Notes: generated by a model not told the origin, from the letters alone. DNA of 64,000 nt from Octopus vulgaris (GCA_951406725.2 OX597821.1:55366001-55430000), one strand, 5' to 3'. Shown: positions 30,004 through 45,060, counted from the first letter of the stretch. A program made the numbers and translations.

Positions 30004-30836
30004 TATATAATTAAATTAAAACCTTAGCATACAGTTTAATCTCAGAAAGAGTATGAGCACACGATATATAATATCTTCAAGTGCAGCCATAAACGGAGAA
30101 GTTCATATCTGGATTGTAGAACGAGTATATAATGTTCAAAGTGGTATTAATGTTTTATTGACTCAAAAATGTACGTAACATAAGGTTATTATTTGCAATG
30201 ATAAGTTAGTATTGATGTTTACCTGTAGTATGTAATGATTAGGATAATAAGAAAGAGGCAATAATCATGAAACGATATTGTTATTTGCTAGACACTGCTA
30301 TTACAATCTTTTCGGCATCATTAGTAATATGTTAACATATTTACAAATTAGTCGAGCAAAAATGTGTGGGAGTAAAATCTTTGATTTAACCTACCGATAT
30401 AAAACGAGAAGACTCACCAGAACCTTGTATGTATGTATACATATATGTGTGTATATGTTCGGCAGATAAAAGTTGAAATGCATATATAAAAATGACAGTT
30501 TGTATACATGTATAGATATAAGTATGTATGTATATACATGTATATATATGTGTGTACGTGTGTATGTGTCTGTGTGTGTGTATGCCTGCATGTATCCTTG
30601 TTGATATGTGTTATGTACGTATATACGTATATTTAGATATGAGTATTTCTATGTATACACCGAATGAATGAGCATATGTTTGTGTATGTGGGAAAAGACA
30701 AATAGAGCTTTTCATGTATGGTAAGGGTCTAAATGACCATTAGAAGGCTATGATGTGTACTGGAATAACTTAAATTAAGCTTTATGAATGGATTGGCAGG
30801 CAAGGTAGATATCCTGACGGGGTTAAGTGATGACTA

Positions 30837-32176
30837 CAGGGCAAGGAAAAACAATTACAAACAACTAAGACAACGGACACGGGTCTTCTGTATCATGATA
30901 TAAAATAAGAAAAAAAGCTTACAATACAGTAAAAAGACAATTTAGATTTGGTTTATATCCGTACGTTTAATATTTACATCCATCCATTAACGAATTTTAG
31001 TCAATTTGCTTGTGCTTTGTATCTTTTATATTTTACTGTCATGGTACGTGCATATATACATATGACAGGCGCTAGCGAAACAAAAACAGCCGAAATTTTG
31101 GGTGTATCAAGAAGTACTGTCTCTAAAGTAATGGCATGCTTTGAGAAAGAGGGAAAAACCTTCTCGTCGAAACAAAACTCCGGAAGAGCCAAAACTTTCA
31201 GATAGGAACTGTCGGACTCTTACGCGAATCGTTAGAAAGTATTACAAAAGTACAGCTCTCAAAATTTCTCCAGAGCTTAACGATCATCTCGAGAATCGAG
31301 TTTCCACAAAATCTGATCGCCGGGAGCTGTACAAAGCCAGATTTTACGTTAGGGCTTCTATCAGAAAACAATTACTTTCAAAAAGAAACTTTGCAAAGCG
31401 TTTAGAGTGGAGTAAAAACCTACCGAATTAGTTCCTAGCGCAGTAGAAGAATGTTAATTTCATGGACAAGTCATCCGTTACCTTATTTCCGACCACCGGC
31501 CGAGTATACTTGTGGAGACAGCCAAAAGAAGAATGTTAATTTCATGGACAAGTCATCCGTTACCTTATTTCCGACCACCGGCCGAGTATACTTGTGGAGA
31601 CAGCCAAAAGAAGCTGTTGACCCAGACAGCCTTCTTTCAACTGTTATACATAGAAGAGTATCTGAGATAATAAGGTGTGTGTGGGTGAGGGGGGGGGGGG
31701 CTATATCTTGGAAATATGCCGGCCCAATGGTTTTCTTTTATGGCAGAATTAATAGTCAAGACTATTTAAGCATTTTATCTGATCAAATTCATCCTATGGT
31801 TGCGCAACTGTTTCCGGAAGGAAACGCAATCTTTAAGGAAGATAATGCACCAATTCACACAGCTAAAATTATTACTGAGTGACACGAGGAACATTTTATC
31901 TGGCCACCACAGTCCCCAGGTTTAAAAATTATTTAACATTTATGGTGCATTTTAGAAAAGCAAATAAAGAGTCGATATCCTCCACCATCATCACTACAAG
32001 AACGGGAGACTGTTTTAGCTGAATAATGGACAAACATTCCTTTGGAAATAATTCAAATTTTGCACGAGTCCATACTGCGTAGAATTCATGGTGTAATTAC
32101 TGCGAAAGGCAATCCTACCCCATATCAAAATAAATTTCTTTGACATTTTAAGGTGTTTCCATTATTTTGTCCAACC

Positions 32177-32180
<4 letters not shown>
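30837..32180 (+). mobile_element. Tc1-like (DD34E) transposon, pseudogenised
   Basis: AEILGVSRSTVSKV, GAISW..AGPM, FKEDNAPIHTAK, WPPQSP.L.II.HLW, AKGNPTPY; right TIR GTTTCCATTATTTTGTCCAACCTCTG|TA; left TIR degenerate. Confidence 0.9.
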
Positions 32181-32262
<82 letters not shown>

Positions 32263-32349
32263 AAGTATAGTGGTTTAATTCACAGGTATATATATGTATG
32301 TATGTATGTATTTTTATATATATATATGCATATATATATATATATATAT

Positions 32350-32442
<93 letters not shown>

Positions 32443-33157
32443 CATACACACACACACATATATATATATGTCACATTAATATAATTTTATTCAAATTCTC
32501 TAATAAAGCAAGAAGAGGGCGAAAGTCCACGTTGCTACTAATATGACTGAGAATATACTACACTTCAAAGAACTGCATGAAGTTTGTTAGGGTCACAGCT
32601 TGTAAATGATTGGGATTCACTTTTAATTCATTAGTCTTTTTTTATCAACTACCAAATCTAAGAATAAATGGACAGAGTGAGTTGACAGTTTATAGTTGGG
32701 TATGGTCTTAAATATTGTCAGGATTTTACAAATGTATACGTAACAGTCTATAAAAGAGTCTGGGTAGGGGAAGAACCTAAATCAATATGTTATTCACCAG
32801 TTAAAAGGGCTCGACGCTAATAAAACCTGTGATGTTAATACTGAGGAAATTATCCTGGGGTACAATGGATTATTGTATATAAACAATATTGGAAATGGAT
32901 ATAAAACAATATTGGAAATGGAAGGAGAAAGGCTGCGAATGCAAGCGGGAGAGAGAGAAAAGCAGTTAGTAGAAAGGCTAGAATAGAAGTGAGAGGGTGA
33001 GAGAAAGAAAATGGGGAACTATGAAGGCAAGAGAGAGAGAGAGAGAGTAGCACGAGTATATAAAAATACTTCATAATACAAATTCGGTGTGTTGCATTTC
33101 TTTAGTTATATATATATACATACATATATATATACACACACATACACACATAAATAA

Positions 33158-33199
<42 letters not shown>

Positions 33200-33202
<3 letters not shown>

Positions 33203-33948
33203 TATTAATTTATAAAAATATGGTAAAGCAAAAGAATTCACTTTACCACACACCGAACTTTTCAGAAATAGCAGCCAAAAATTTGGCTATTTCTTCAACT
33301 GCAAATAAAAGTCTCCAGACAATGCATACTCAGAAAAATAACTCACATAGGTATAAGGGAAAAAACAATGAAAGATCACATCCATATACGATACCCGAGG
33401 ACAGTCTGTTTCTGGATTTGTGGGTAAAACGCCACTTTTCCTTCATCAGCTCAGAGATTTCTTCTGATTTAGATTTGAAAATACTAAGAATCAAACATAC
33501 CCGTCCGATATCTGTAACATCGGACAAACCATGTCAGACACCCAGTACTAGCGAATCCAAAAATACGAATGAGATCTATTATTCTCCCTGTCCACCCACG
33601 TGAGTCATAGAGCATTACATTTCTACAGAGGTAAAAACTGCAGTTCAAATTCTTGGAGAGAAAGCATTATATTGTTATCAAAAAAGGGGGTCGAATTAAT
33701 TAATTGTTAATAAATTCGACCAAGCAGTATTCGGTATGTAAAGACCATTTACGGTATATTTGAAGTATTAATTTATAAAAATATGGTAAAGCAAAAGAAT
33801 TCACTTTACCACACACCGAACTTTTCAGAAATAGCAGCCAAAAATTTGGCTATTTCTTCAACTGCAAATAAAAGTCTCCAGACAATGCATACTCAGAAAA
33901 ATAACTCACATACTTATACTTATTTTCTGAGTATGCATTGTCTGGAGA

Positions 33949-33955
<7 letters not shown>
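33200..33955 (-). mobile_element. HHR-bearing element with ~150-bp identical direct repeats and a short inverted end
   Basis: 33200-33348 is identical to 33762-33911 (offset 563); inverted piece at 33920-33955; (TA)n on both sides. Confidence 0.8.
33395..33454 (-). ncRNA. Type I hammerhead ribozyme, canonical GUC site
   Basis: CTGAG-CTGATGA-AGGAAAAGTGG...CCACAAATCCA-GAAA-CAGACTG-TC-CTCGG. Confidence 0.85.
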
Positions 33956-33980
<25 letters not shown>

Positions 33981-33990
<10 letters not shown>

Positions 33991-34158
33991 GAAATGAGGT
34001 AATCAGATCGGATGGTTCATATTTCTAGATATTCATTTATATATTACATTTTTTATATATCATATCATTCAGATCATATCGTTTCATTCAGATCATATAA
34101 ATAAATATCTAGAAATATGAACCATCCCATCTGATTACCTCATTTCTTCTAATATATA
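33981..34158. repeat. ~55-bp inverted repeat
   Basis: TATTAGAAGAAATGAGGTAATCAGAT...CTAGATATT is mirrored at 34104-34156. Confidence 0.8.
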
Positions 34159-34265
34159 ATATCTGTACATCATCTCCAAACCTTCCAATATATATATATA
34201 TATATATATACGCATGCATATATATATGTGTGTATATATAGGTGGGTACTTACACACACACAAAC

Positions 34266-34298
<33 letters not shown>

Positions 34299-34497
34299 AA
34301 TACACACGCACACTTATCTATAGTCTAGTTACTAGAATTTTCTTAAACTTTTGGTTGATGAGGATACCTAATCAATCAGCGACTGATTGATACTGCTGAT
34401 TAACATTCGTGAACTTATGCACCTTCCGTCGGATGGTTTAACTATTTCTCGTTGAAATTATTTTCTATTTAGAAGAAATGAAATTAGCGATCAAAAT

Positions 34498-34590
34498 GCT
34501 CTGATGAAGCCCTTGATAGATTGAAGCATCAAAAGGCACTAAAATATGCAGAAGATGCACCTTGATAGAGCCGGAAACGTTACGTAGGTG
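34498..34590 (+). ncRNA. Degenerate hammerhead motif
   Basis: CTGATGA (34501)...GAAA (34574)-CGTTACG-TA; stems I and II weak. Confidence 0.4.
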
Positions 34591-34726
34591 AAAATAGAAC
34601 ATAAATGACTACTCAGTGGTGAAAATAGGATATTCTCTATTTTCTGTTTTCCTTAAACTAATTCATTATATATACATACATATATACCTACATCTATATG
34701 TAATATACATACATATATACATACAT

Positions 34727-34856
34727 CTGATGTAATCTCCAGGGATACAGGCATCCAGCAACAGGACCTCCGTAATACTATGATGGACCGTGAAGTCTGG
34801 CGTAACATAGTAAATTCCATTGTCTCGACCACGGTCGAACGATGATGATGATGATA
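34727..34856 (+). mobile_element. 5'-truncated RTE-type LINE 3' end with (GAT)n tail
   Basis: DVISRDTGIQQQDLRNTMMDREVWRNIV (cf. xxDRxxWR), followed by GATGATGAT. Confidence 0.65.
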
Positions 34857-34899
34857 TGTATATATATATATTTACTCACACACACAAACACACACATAT

Positions 34900-35204
34900 A
34901 GCTGAAACGATGTAGCATTCCTCCTTTTTTTTTTGAGAAAAATGCATCAGAATGTTGGAGCTGGCGCCAGTCCTGCTTCTCCTCAATTCAAAGATTTCAG
35001 CAAAGTCGACTCCAACATCGGGATCAACTTCATGCAAGCCTGAAGGCACGATGGAAAAACACTGCTCCTCTTAATGGAAACCATGTCAGTCCTAGCCTTC
35101 CACTGAATATAAGAGGATAGTAGATGATCCACAAAAACTGAGACATCAACTTGTTCCATTTGTGTCCATAGAACATGATTAAAGCTTTATTTTACTGAAC
35201 CCTC
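34900..35204 (+). mobile_element. Mariner 3'-end remnant
   Basis: LKARWKNTAPLNGNHV (cf. LxxRWxKC..NGxYV), followed by TIR-like TTTATTTTACTGAACCCTCA. Confidence 0.5.
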
Positions 35205-35228
35205 ATTTGTCATTCATGACAAGTGAAT

Positions 35229-35294
<66 letters not shown>

Positions 35295-36115
35295 AGCTTA
35301 TACATATACACACTTACACACACATACACACATATATTCATTTTCTAATTCTTCTTTTCCTTTTTTCTTCGTGCTTATATCCAGTGCAAATTCTCAGGTG
35401 CTGTTTATTAGACAAATTAATATGCCTTATATTAGCTGATATTTTTTAAGCAATCAATAAAGTTGTTATATATAGGTCATGGAAACACGCTATTAACCCA
35501 GACCTAATTCGCATAGAATAAGCCCCACTCATAAGAATTAGTCTGTCGAAGTTTTGTTTTCGTATCTTAAGCGCCTCAAGCCTATAGATAAAAATTAGCC
35601 TTTATTTGTCTTCGAAGTTTTATTTCCGAGCATATGTTTTATCTTCCATTTAAAATAACACGTGTTACATTTTATATTTATTGTTATTATCACGTGAGTC
35701 TTTTAATTTGTTTATGTACGAGGTGTATGGGTGCATGTATGAATTATATAAACATTACTTTTATGTGTATTTGTGTAGAGATGAGATTGCATATACGATT
35801 ATTATTTGTAGTGTTTTTCTGTAGCGACATCGCATTCTCGCGTATTGCTTCAATTCACCTATAGGCAAGTCGCATCACTAGATGTTTATACTATCATACA
35901 CTTGTTTTTCTACGACAACATGCCTGTGAGCACCTATATTTCATATATAAGAGAAATATTTAGGTATCCTGATCTAATTTACATTAGGGACCAGTTTTCA
36001 GTCATATTTATGCTGCTTCATAAATCCTGTTTATCGATTATAACAGATTTAATCCAACTTCGCAAGGAGCTCGCTCATACACGTCCGTTATGTTTGTTAT
36101 TTGCTGCATAATTCC

Positions 36116-36631
<516 letters not shown>

Positions 36632-37414
36632 CAATGATATTAATATGCTAACATTTTGTTTTTGTACGTACCGCCCTGTGGTGTTGGTCACACTTACTTC
36701 AAAGAAAGAGGTAAAAAGGTTGAAGAAGGAGGTACAAAAAGAAGAGAAATAAAAGGTGTTAAGCAGAGGAGAATAGTTGAAGTGAGTGACAAAGCCAAAG
36801 AGAGTAGAGGGACAGAGAGAAAGTGAGAGAAGATGGCGCCCTTTCTTCGTTTTTAAATGTTTATCAGTATTTTTAGAGTAGATACGTAGTTCCACAGAAA
36901 AGTAGATACATAGATTTAAAAAATGTGCATACATAGATACATACACACATTGTTAAATTAAAACGGGAGAGAGGAGGGACAGAGAGAAAGGGATAGAGAA
37001 AGAGAGAAAGTAATAGAGAAAGAGAGAAAGTGAGAGAGTCAGTGTGCCGTGACTGAAAGGAAGGTGGCGTTCTTTTATTGTTTTTAAATGTGTTTTTAAA
37101 TGTTTATCAGAACCTTTAGAGTAGACTGATACATACATCGAAAGAAAAGTAGATACATAGATCGAAAGAAAAGTAGATACATAGATCGAAAGAAAATTAG
37201 ATACATAGAGACATTGGTAAAACAAATGCAAATAACTACAGCAAATATTGGATGTCACCTTCACTTTTCATTACCACCCCAAGATAAAATTAACGCGCGA
37301 GTGGCTGAGTACTCTACAGACATGCATACCAACAACCTAGTTCTCAGAGAGATTCGGTCTCATCAGATTTATGCCTTACGAAATGGAACAAGTCCTTTCC
37401 TTTCACACTTTTAA

Positions 37415-37744
37415 AAAAATGGCACTCCGTTGGTTACGACGACAAGGTTGCTGTTTATCTGATCAACGGAACAGTCTGCTTGTAAAATTAACTAGCAAGT
37501 GGCAGAGTACTCCGCAGACATGGACACTGTTAATGTAATTCTCAAGGAAATTTATCTCACACAGAATGCGACAAGGCTGGCCTCTTTGAATTACAGCTAC
37601 AACTCATTTTTATCAGGTGAGTGGACTACAGCAAGGTGAAGTAGAGTACCTTGCTCAAGAACACAGCGCAGCGGCAAGAATCGTACTCATGGCCTTACGA
37701 TCGTGGGTCGAATTCCCCTAACCACTAAGCCATGCACATTCACA
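37415..37744 (-). mobile_element. tRNA/CORE-like SINE (family C)
   Basis: Minus strand TGGCTTAGTGGTTAGG (A box)...GTGTTCTTGAGCAAGG; related copy at 57960-58171. Confidence 0.7.
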
Positions 37745-38122
37745 CTCTTAACCTAGGGTAAAGGGTCGAAGCGATAGAGACAGAGAAAGAAAGCTTCAGT
37801 TATTTAAAATGACAATTACTATGAAATACGATCGATCTTTTCTAGCTTATTCACTTTTAACAATGATGAAGGAAAGAGATTTAGTAATGAATAGAGGGAA
37901 AGTCTTTATTTATTTATAAATATCTCTATTTATAAATATCCAAAGAATATCTAATTGCCTTGGCCTTGTTATCTTCTTTTATTTAACATATACACGCTCA
38001 CACACGACCTACATTAGACCCCTAAATCATGCTATTATTGAACCGTGAGCTTAACAGCAGTCCTTCCGTAGCACTTGTATGGCCTTACCTGCCTTTTGGG
38101 TCTTCTGGATTACAAAATATTT

Positions 38123-38167
<45 letters not shown>

Positions 38168-38254
38168 CTCGAATACTCGCATTTTCAATTAAAATATGTA
38201 TATATCTTCAAATTGATATATATATATGTGTTCGTGATTTTATGTGTGTGTGTA

Positions 38255-38478
38255 TTTGTGTGTGTTTGTGTGTGTATGTGTATTTCCTCCACCAACGCTT
38301 CGTATATTTACGTTCACGTAACCTAGCGATTTGGCAAATAGAGAACGATAAAATAAATACCAGCCTTTACAAAAAAGAACAAGTATTGAGGTCGAATCTT
38401 TCCACTAATATCTTTCAATGCGTTACCCCAGCATGACAGCAGTCTAATGATTGAAGCATGTAAAAGATAAAAGATAAA
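38255..38478 (+). mobile_element. SINE family B, 3' half
   Basis: CGTAACCTAGCG...CCAGCATGAC...GTAAAAGATAAAAG. Confidence 0.65.
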
Positions 38479-38529
<51 letters not shown>

Positions 38530-38543
38530 CACACATATAATAC

Positions 38544-38740
38544 CCAAGACGATGCTGAAAATTCCTGGCTTCAAAAATATTACGAAACGCCTGACTGAAG
38601 GCTCAACCTTCCGAGTTCTTTTACAGGGCTTAGAAAAACTGAAGTACTGCTGAGAGGTTAATATGCTGAATAAAATCATAATTAACTGAACTTCCTGCAT
38701 TTTCTTTTACCAAAAGACAAGAGCTTTTCAGGACTCCTCG
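38544..38740 (+). mobile_element. Mariner-derived MITE (deleted element)
   Basis: TIR remnants GCTGAAAATTCCTGGCTT and AAGAGCTTTTCAGGACTCCTCG; internal GLEKLKY resembles a mariner C-terminus. Confidence 0.55.
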
Positions 38741-40129
38741 CATATACATACACATGCATACGTATATACAAATAAGCGTGAGAAAAAGATAGAAAAACTA
38801 TGTGTTTGGCATTTTTAGAAAATTCTTCGTGATTTAATTAAATACGCATGCAAATAAAATAACAATCTCAGATAAACGAAAAGTCATTGCAGCAATTTCT
38901 AACCACGTTTCGGTCGGGAAAAAAAGCAGCAGCAGAGTGATAGAATAATCTTTCTAGTTGTACTACTTCGCGTTATATATTAGATTATTTCCCCGCTGTA
39001 ATTTGAACATTCAGAAGAAAAATGTGGCAGTGTTTTTACTGTATTTTAAATTTTCATTTTAACTTATTTTAAGTTTAGTGCATACTGAAAGTGATTGTCT
39101 TAGAGTATACGAAACTGTTGAGTTTACTGTGAAATCAATCTGATAAACATACAATAAATAAGCTAAGACCGAGACACATAAAAACACGTCTAAAGAAATT
39201 CTGATTGATATACAATAGGATATATTTAGAGTTGTGTACATTGGTACATAAATACATACACTTCTATGCTTTGTAAGAAGTAGGATGGTAGTGTCATATA
39301 CTTCCAAACTTGAAACACTTGAAGGGATATTATTGGTGTGTTGCTAAGCAGGGATTGAGGCGTTGTACAATGAGAACACATTTTAAATATCCGGCAGAGC
39401 ATATTATCAGTTTACAATCTCGATATATTTATTTCGTCATATATCTTTTTTGAACTCAAGGTTATCGGCAACTCTCACTTATCCACACACACACACACAT
39501 GCATATAAACATAAATAAATATACACACATGTATTTACATGCATAAAATATATATACGCATGTATGTATGCAATGCAAATATACATATATATTTCCCACA
39601 CTACCTCCGAATAAACATGCTCAGAGATGCATATACACGTATGCTTGGAAATCTATAAGCGTTGAATATATTCAGTTTCCTTACACGGACAATGTGATTG
39701 CTTAATATATAATCCTGTGCTTTGAATTCTGTAATATCAGGTTATGCTTATGCAAACGTATAACAACAAGGTAACTTCAGTCATAACTGCAATTTCAAGC
39801 AACTATCAGTTAATGTTTAAGACTAACTACTTTATGTTCTTAATTGGAAGTACAGTGAGGTTAGTTTTACACTTCTTCTCTCTGGGGGCCAATAAAATAA
39901 AGTACCAGTAAAATACTAGTTTCGAAAGTGTCAGCAATCTCTCTAACCTCAAACCTGCTGGCGTTGTTCAACTATTCACTACCATGTAGTGTATAGTTGT
40001 CATCACTTTTTCTGCAAAGTGTGTAGCATTCGATGATTCCCGGTATCATACCTAAATGGCTCTCATGAGTTTCTTCTAGGTTAAGGCTGCTGTAATTCAT
40101 AAAGGAGCATATATGGTTGAATCAGCATC

Positions 40130-40350
40130 ATTTAATCTGCCTCCTCATATACTGATATAACATTTCTCATTGCTTTTCTGCTACTGGTTGTTACATAGTT
40201 GGCAGAATGGTCTACAGACTGGCCAATTGTGTTTTATTGTCATTATACTGCTGGCATTTTCGTACAAGTGTGACTGACCTATTATTTTTGTTAAACAATC
40301 TTTTGTACTTAAAACTAGATGATAAGTCTTGTGTCTTTTCATTCGGGATA
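40130..40350 (-). pseudogene. Possible R4/Dong-like LINE zinc-knuckle remnant
   Basis: TQDLSSSFKY...VRKCQQYNDNKTQLASL*TIL resembles AQDQ..Y...CRxCxQYxETxxHIxSGCxIL. Confidence 0.3.
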
Positions 40351-40570
40351 AAACATGTCTATATTTTACTGAAGGGCGGGTAAAATAAATGATGTAACGT
40401 TTCCTATGTTTACTCCATTGCTCTTTACACTTTAAGAATTGATTATCCCACTAAACACAATTTTGAATCCCTAGAATATGAATTTACCGTGCACGTTGTG
40501 ATCACATATGGGTAACATTAATGTTTTTCTTAGTGGATTGTGCATACCGTAATCTAGTCGAGTGAGGGAA

Positions 40571-40612
<42 letters not shown>

Positions 40613-41643
40613 GAGAGGAAAAGGGACAGGGATAGAGAGTGAAAACATTGGAGTTAAAAGCATACTGAACCGAACACAAATGACAAAGCAAAACAGTGAA
40701 TTTACTTTAACATCCATTTCTGCTCTTTGCTTTGACGTATATTTTGTGACAAAAATATTTTGCTGTGTTTATTGATTAAGAAGCTTTTATTGAAATATAA
40801 TTTGTCTTTTATATTTATCTGGCGTCTGTGCTCGAAATAAACAACAATATTATCGGACTGTGATAATTTTATTTGTAAAAAGAAATCGATAATTACGGTG
40901 CGTACAGAATTTCTTGAGAATTATTCTTCAATATTTGAAATCACGGGACCAATTAGGAATGATTGCGCTGCCTGAAAAAGCTGTTTTATAACTCTATTTA
41001 CATTCTGTCAGACAGATACTGCTTCCAATAGCGAACGGCGCACTGAAATATTTGCTCGTGATTATTTCCAGAATTTTAGAATATTTTCAAAGCAAGTTGT
41101 AGAAATTATAAAAGATGTACATCATGAATTCTTCTGAAAGAGAATTTATGATAGATTTTTAAACTCTTAGAAAGAATCCTCGAATTACTGAAAGAGAAAG
41201 AAATAGTAAAGGAGAAGTTATTCTATAAAACAGACAGACGTATAGAGATAAACACTAGCAAACGTAAAATTCTACATCCAACTACAAAAACAATTCTGAA
41301 AATTGTCGTCAGAGAAAGAAGACTGCTGGAATCGCTAGCCTTTGACGCACACTGCCGCAACTTTTAAGATATTATTTAATTTAACTTTTTGTAGCGAGGA
41401 ACAGTCCTTCCATTGGAAGCCTCTTCTACTTGAAACAGGATATAAACAAAAGAGGACAAGAATAAGGTACTGCTAAACAAGCGTAATACTGAAGCTCTCG
41501 CTACTTTTGGGATACAGCAGTTGATCAAAATGGAACATACAGTCATATTTCACATATATACATTTAGGTAGAGTGGATCATTGCGAACTGAGTTCTTAAG
41601 TGACATACATATACACACACACACTCACACAGGCGTATATATA

Positions 41644-41745
<102 letters not shown>

Positions 41746-41790
41746 TAAATTTATTATATATATATATAGAAAGATAGATAGATAGATATA

Positions 41791-41821
<31 letters not shown>

Positions 41822-42281
41822 CATACATATATATATATATGTGTGTGTATGTGTACACACGCATTTACAACCCAAATATCTACTAATAGTCTAATGCTGT
41901 ATCCTTTTTAAAGATCAAAGCCGTTGGTCAGTGAGAAAATAACATAAAGAAAAACGTGGAAAAAAATGTGAAGGTTGGTGCAAATATAATATTGTGGTAA
42001 ATATCTTATAGAATGCAATACAAAGCTCGTCCAAAGTTATAGGCTACCTGATGTATAAATACTCCTGCTACTGGATATACATCAGGAATTCCATTGTATG
42101 CGTACAGTTTATATAAATAGATAAATGAGGGAAAATGTAATGAACGATTTATTTTTTTATAAAAATCACTGTAATGTTTTCAACACATCTGTTGTATATT
42201 GGTGATATTGTGTGTTATCATCATTGTTCATACAAGATGGAAAATAGGCCATATATATATATATATATGGGTTTGGCTACT

Positions 42282-42322
42282 CTGCATTCATAAAGGGCAA
42301 ATACCGTGAAACATGTCTGCAG
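42282..42322 (+). ncRNA. Degenerate hammerhead
   Basis: CTGCA-TTCATAA-...-GAAA-CATG-TC-TGCAG: perfect stems I and III, mutated CTGANGA box. Confidence 0.45.
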
Positions 42323-42541
42323 ATGCCTGACTAGTAAGGAGAAGCGGCTGACCTCCCCTGTTCGAACGTTATAATAGACACAGGCTCGTGTGTCATATAG
42401 CTAGCGAGAGGTGATGGCCTCTTGGAGCTAATCAACGGCAGCTTTAGTCTTATATTTATGGACTGCCATATTAGCTTGGCGATAACTGTTAATTTCCAGT
42501 ACCGCTGCCGTAGTCTCCTTTAGAGAGACTTAGAAATTTTA

Positions 42542-42600
<59 letters not shown>

Positions 42601-43199
42601 TGTTTTGTTTAAATAAAACCTTCATTAGATCCTACCGTCATTTTATTCAGTGTAAGTATATGTACCCAAAGCAGTGTGTTATGAGCAGTTTACTAATAAA
42701 ACTAAACCCATAGATATAGTGATAGATGAAATACAATTTTAATCAAAATACGAAATGCTGAAATAAGGCAAGAGACAAAGAAAGGGGCAGATGGTCAAGC
42801 TATAAGAAAGAAAGTACAAAATAGAATGAATAATTTATATTTAGAGATAATGAAGTGATAACATTTTGAAGACTGATTCATTCTGTATTTATGAATTGTT
42901 TTTTGTGTCTGTGAAGGATATGAATTATCCTCTGTCTTTCGCGTCAAATCAATTGGCCCCAATCTAGACTCGAATCTGTTTTCATTTAAAATTGATACTA
43001 CCTTCCAGTTTTTATATTCTCTTTTGAAACAATTAGAAAGAAAAGATTAGGTGTCCTTATCCTACTCCAGTATATATATTCTTCCACATATACACCTACA
43101 AGGTAATGTATACATACACACACATTCCGGCCCTAGTCGCCATGATAGATCGTTAGCTACTAAATACATTTTTTTCTCTCCTTGTTTTTTCTGTGTCCC

Positions 43200-43233
43200 T
43201 TTCTGTAGAAGAGCGCAGGCTCGAAACGTAAAA
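43200..43233 (+). ncRNA. Minimal hammerhead-like motif
   Basis: TTT-CTGTAGA-A-GAGC-GCAG-GCTC-GAAA-CG-TA-AAA. Confidence 0.5.
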
Positions 43234-43320
43234 TACTTTTTCTATTCCTGTGCGTTATACTAATACATTTGTTTGTTTTGTACACTACCTGTTTTCGTCT
43301 TTTGTTTTTTCGTAAACTTC

Positions 43321-43357
<37 letters not shown>

Positions 43358-43699
43358 GTTATTTAATAAACACAGTACATATTTATATGCGTTACCAATA
43401 GTTTCATGCATTAAATGTATGCATTTTGTAACACTTCTGGTGCATTCACTCAATCCTCAGACTCTGCCGACATAACATTAAAAGCTGAAACAGGATAATA
43501 GGATAAGAGAAAATACGAGAAAAGATGAGCAAGAAGGAGATGTAAAAGGCGGGAGATTGAAAACCCTGGAAATCGAAAGAAAACGGAAAAGAAAAAAACA
43601 AAAAGTAGGAGATTTAGAAATATGTCCCTTTTGAACGTAAAGTCATAGAGTTTGATTGATAAAAGCCTAGCGTCTGCAGTACAGCTGCTTTATCTGGAG

Positions 43700-44345
43700 A
43701 AGGTGATAATTTCCAATTCGCCAACAGGAACGTATTCATATGTTTACATCCGTGGAAAAATTCAGATCTGGGTTTCAATAGTGCGGTGGAGTTTTTAGAT
43801 CTGGAAAGGATCCGTGATCTTTCAGCTACGCATAGATTACCTTTTTATCCGTTGGCATATGGTGCAGAGTTTTGAACTACTTTCCACTTGATAGCATGGG
43901 ACATGGCGTTAGACCTCAAACTCCATAGGTGGTTAGCCGACTTAGTGGCTTTACTTTTTTTCCTTGTCGCGGAAAGAAGATATGTGGTTAGCATAGCGAT
44001 ATTTGAAGTCACCTTCACAGAACCCGAGGTAATTCTTTCTTTTCGGTTGTAATCACCTAGTATTGCTATAACTTCTGACTCATGCATGACGAATTTAATC
44101 ATGCACCTCTGTTCGAGGGGACAGGTTCCTGTATCTCGACAATTACAACAGGAAGTAGACTTTTGGAGGTCTTTGCGTGTAATGGTGCTCTTCATAGTGG
44201 GGCAGCAGCCTTACGATAGCGTCTGTTGGATATTTTTCTGTACTTGTGAGGTACGGGATAATGTTTTTATTTAAGAGATATAGTTGTCTTTTACGCATGT
44301 TGGTTTTAACATTAACGAAAAACGTGAGGCAAAGAACTAAATTAT
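43700..44345 (-). pseudogene. PLE linker plus GIY-YIG remnant (Naiad-like Cys pattern)
   Basis: VNVKTNM...HKYRKISNR...CPTMKSTI...CNCRDTGTCPLEQRC...NHLWSLR...IKWKVV...NLCVAERSRI...LLKPRSEFFHGCKH. Confidence 0.8.
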
Positions 44346-44624
44346 TCTCCTAGGTCTGTTTTTAGGCTTTTCTTTTGTTATTCGTATTCTTAATAGAGGA
44401 GATGTAAATGAATTAATAAATTTACTCAAAAGTAAATTTCTTTAAACAAACATATATTTTTATAACTAATAATGTTACTATTTGTACTGTTTATACAAAC
44501 ATTAATACGTGTTGGGTCGAAAGTGTAATCCACATACAATGTAGATTTTATATTTTTATAAATTCCCATAATTACATATACACGCATGTGTGTACATATA
44601 AAATCATAGACATGTATCCATATG

Positions 44625-44686
<62 letters not shown>

Positions 44687-44804
44687 TATATATGCATATA
44701 TATATATATACATATATTATATATACATATAAAAACTTATATATATATATATGATTATTATAGATGTATATAATATATGTATACATAGATACATATTTAG
44801 AATA

Positions 44805-44807
44805 GTA

Positions 44808-44841
<34 letters not shown>

Positions 44842-44861
44842 TAATAATAATGATAATATTA

Positions 44862-44893
<32 letters not shown>

Positions 44894-44967
44894 GGTGGTG
44901 TTGGTGGTGGTGTTGGTGGTGGTGGTGGTGGTGATGGAGGTAGTGGTGATGGTGATGATGATGATGG

Positions 44968-44998
<31 letters not shown>

Positions 44999-45000
44999 GG

Positions 45001-45060
<60 letters not shown>

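Noticed and set aside
43845-43847. Selenocysteine read-through in the Naiad-like ORF
   Set aside because: The in-frame stop is TAA, not TGA.
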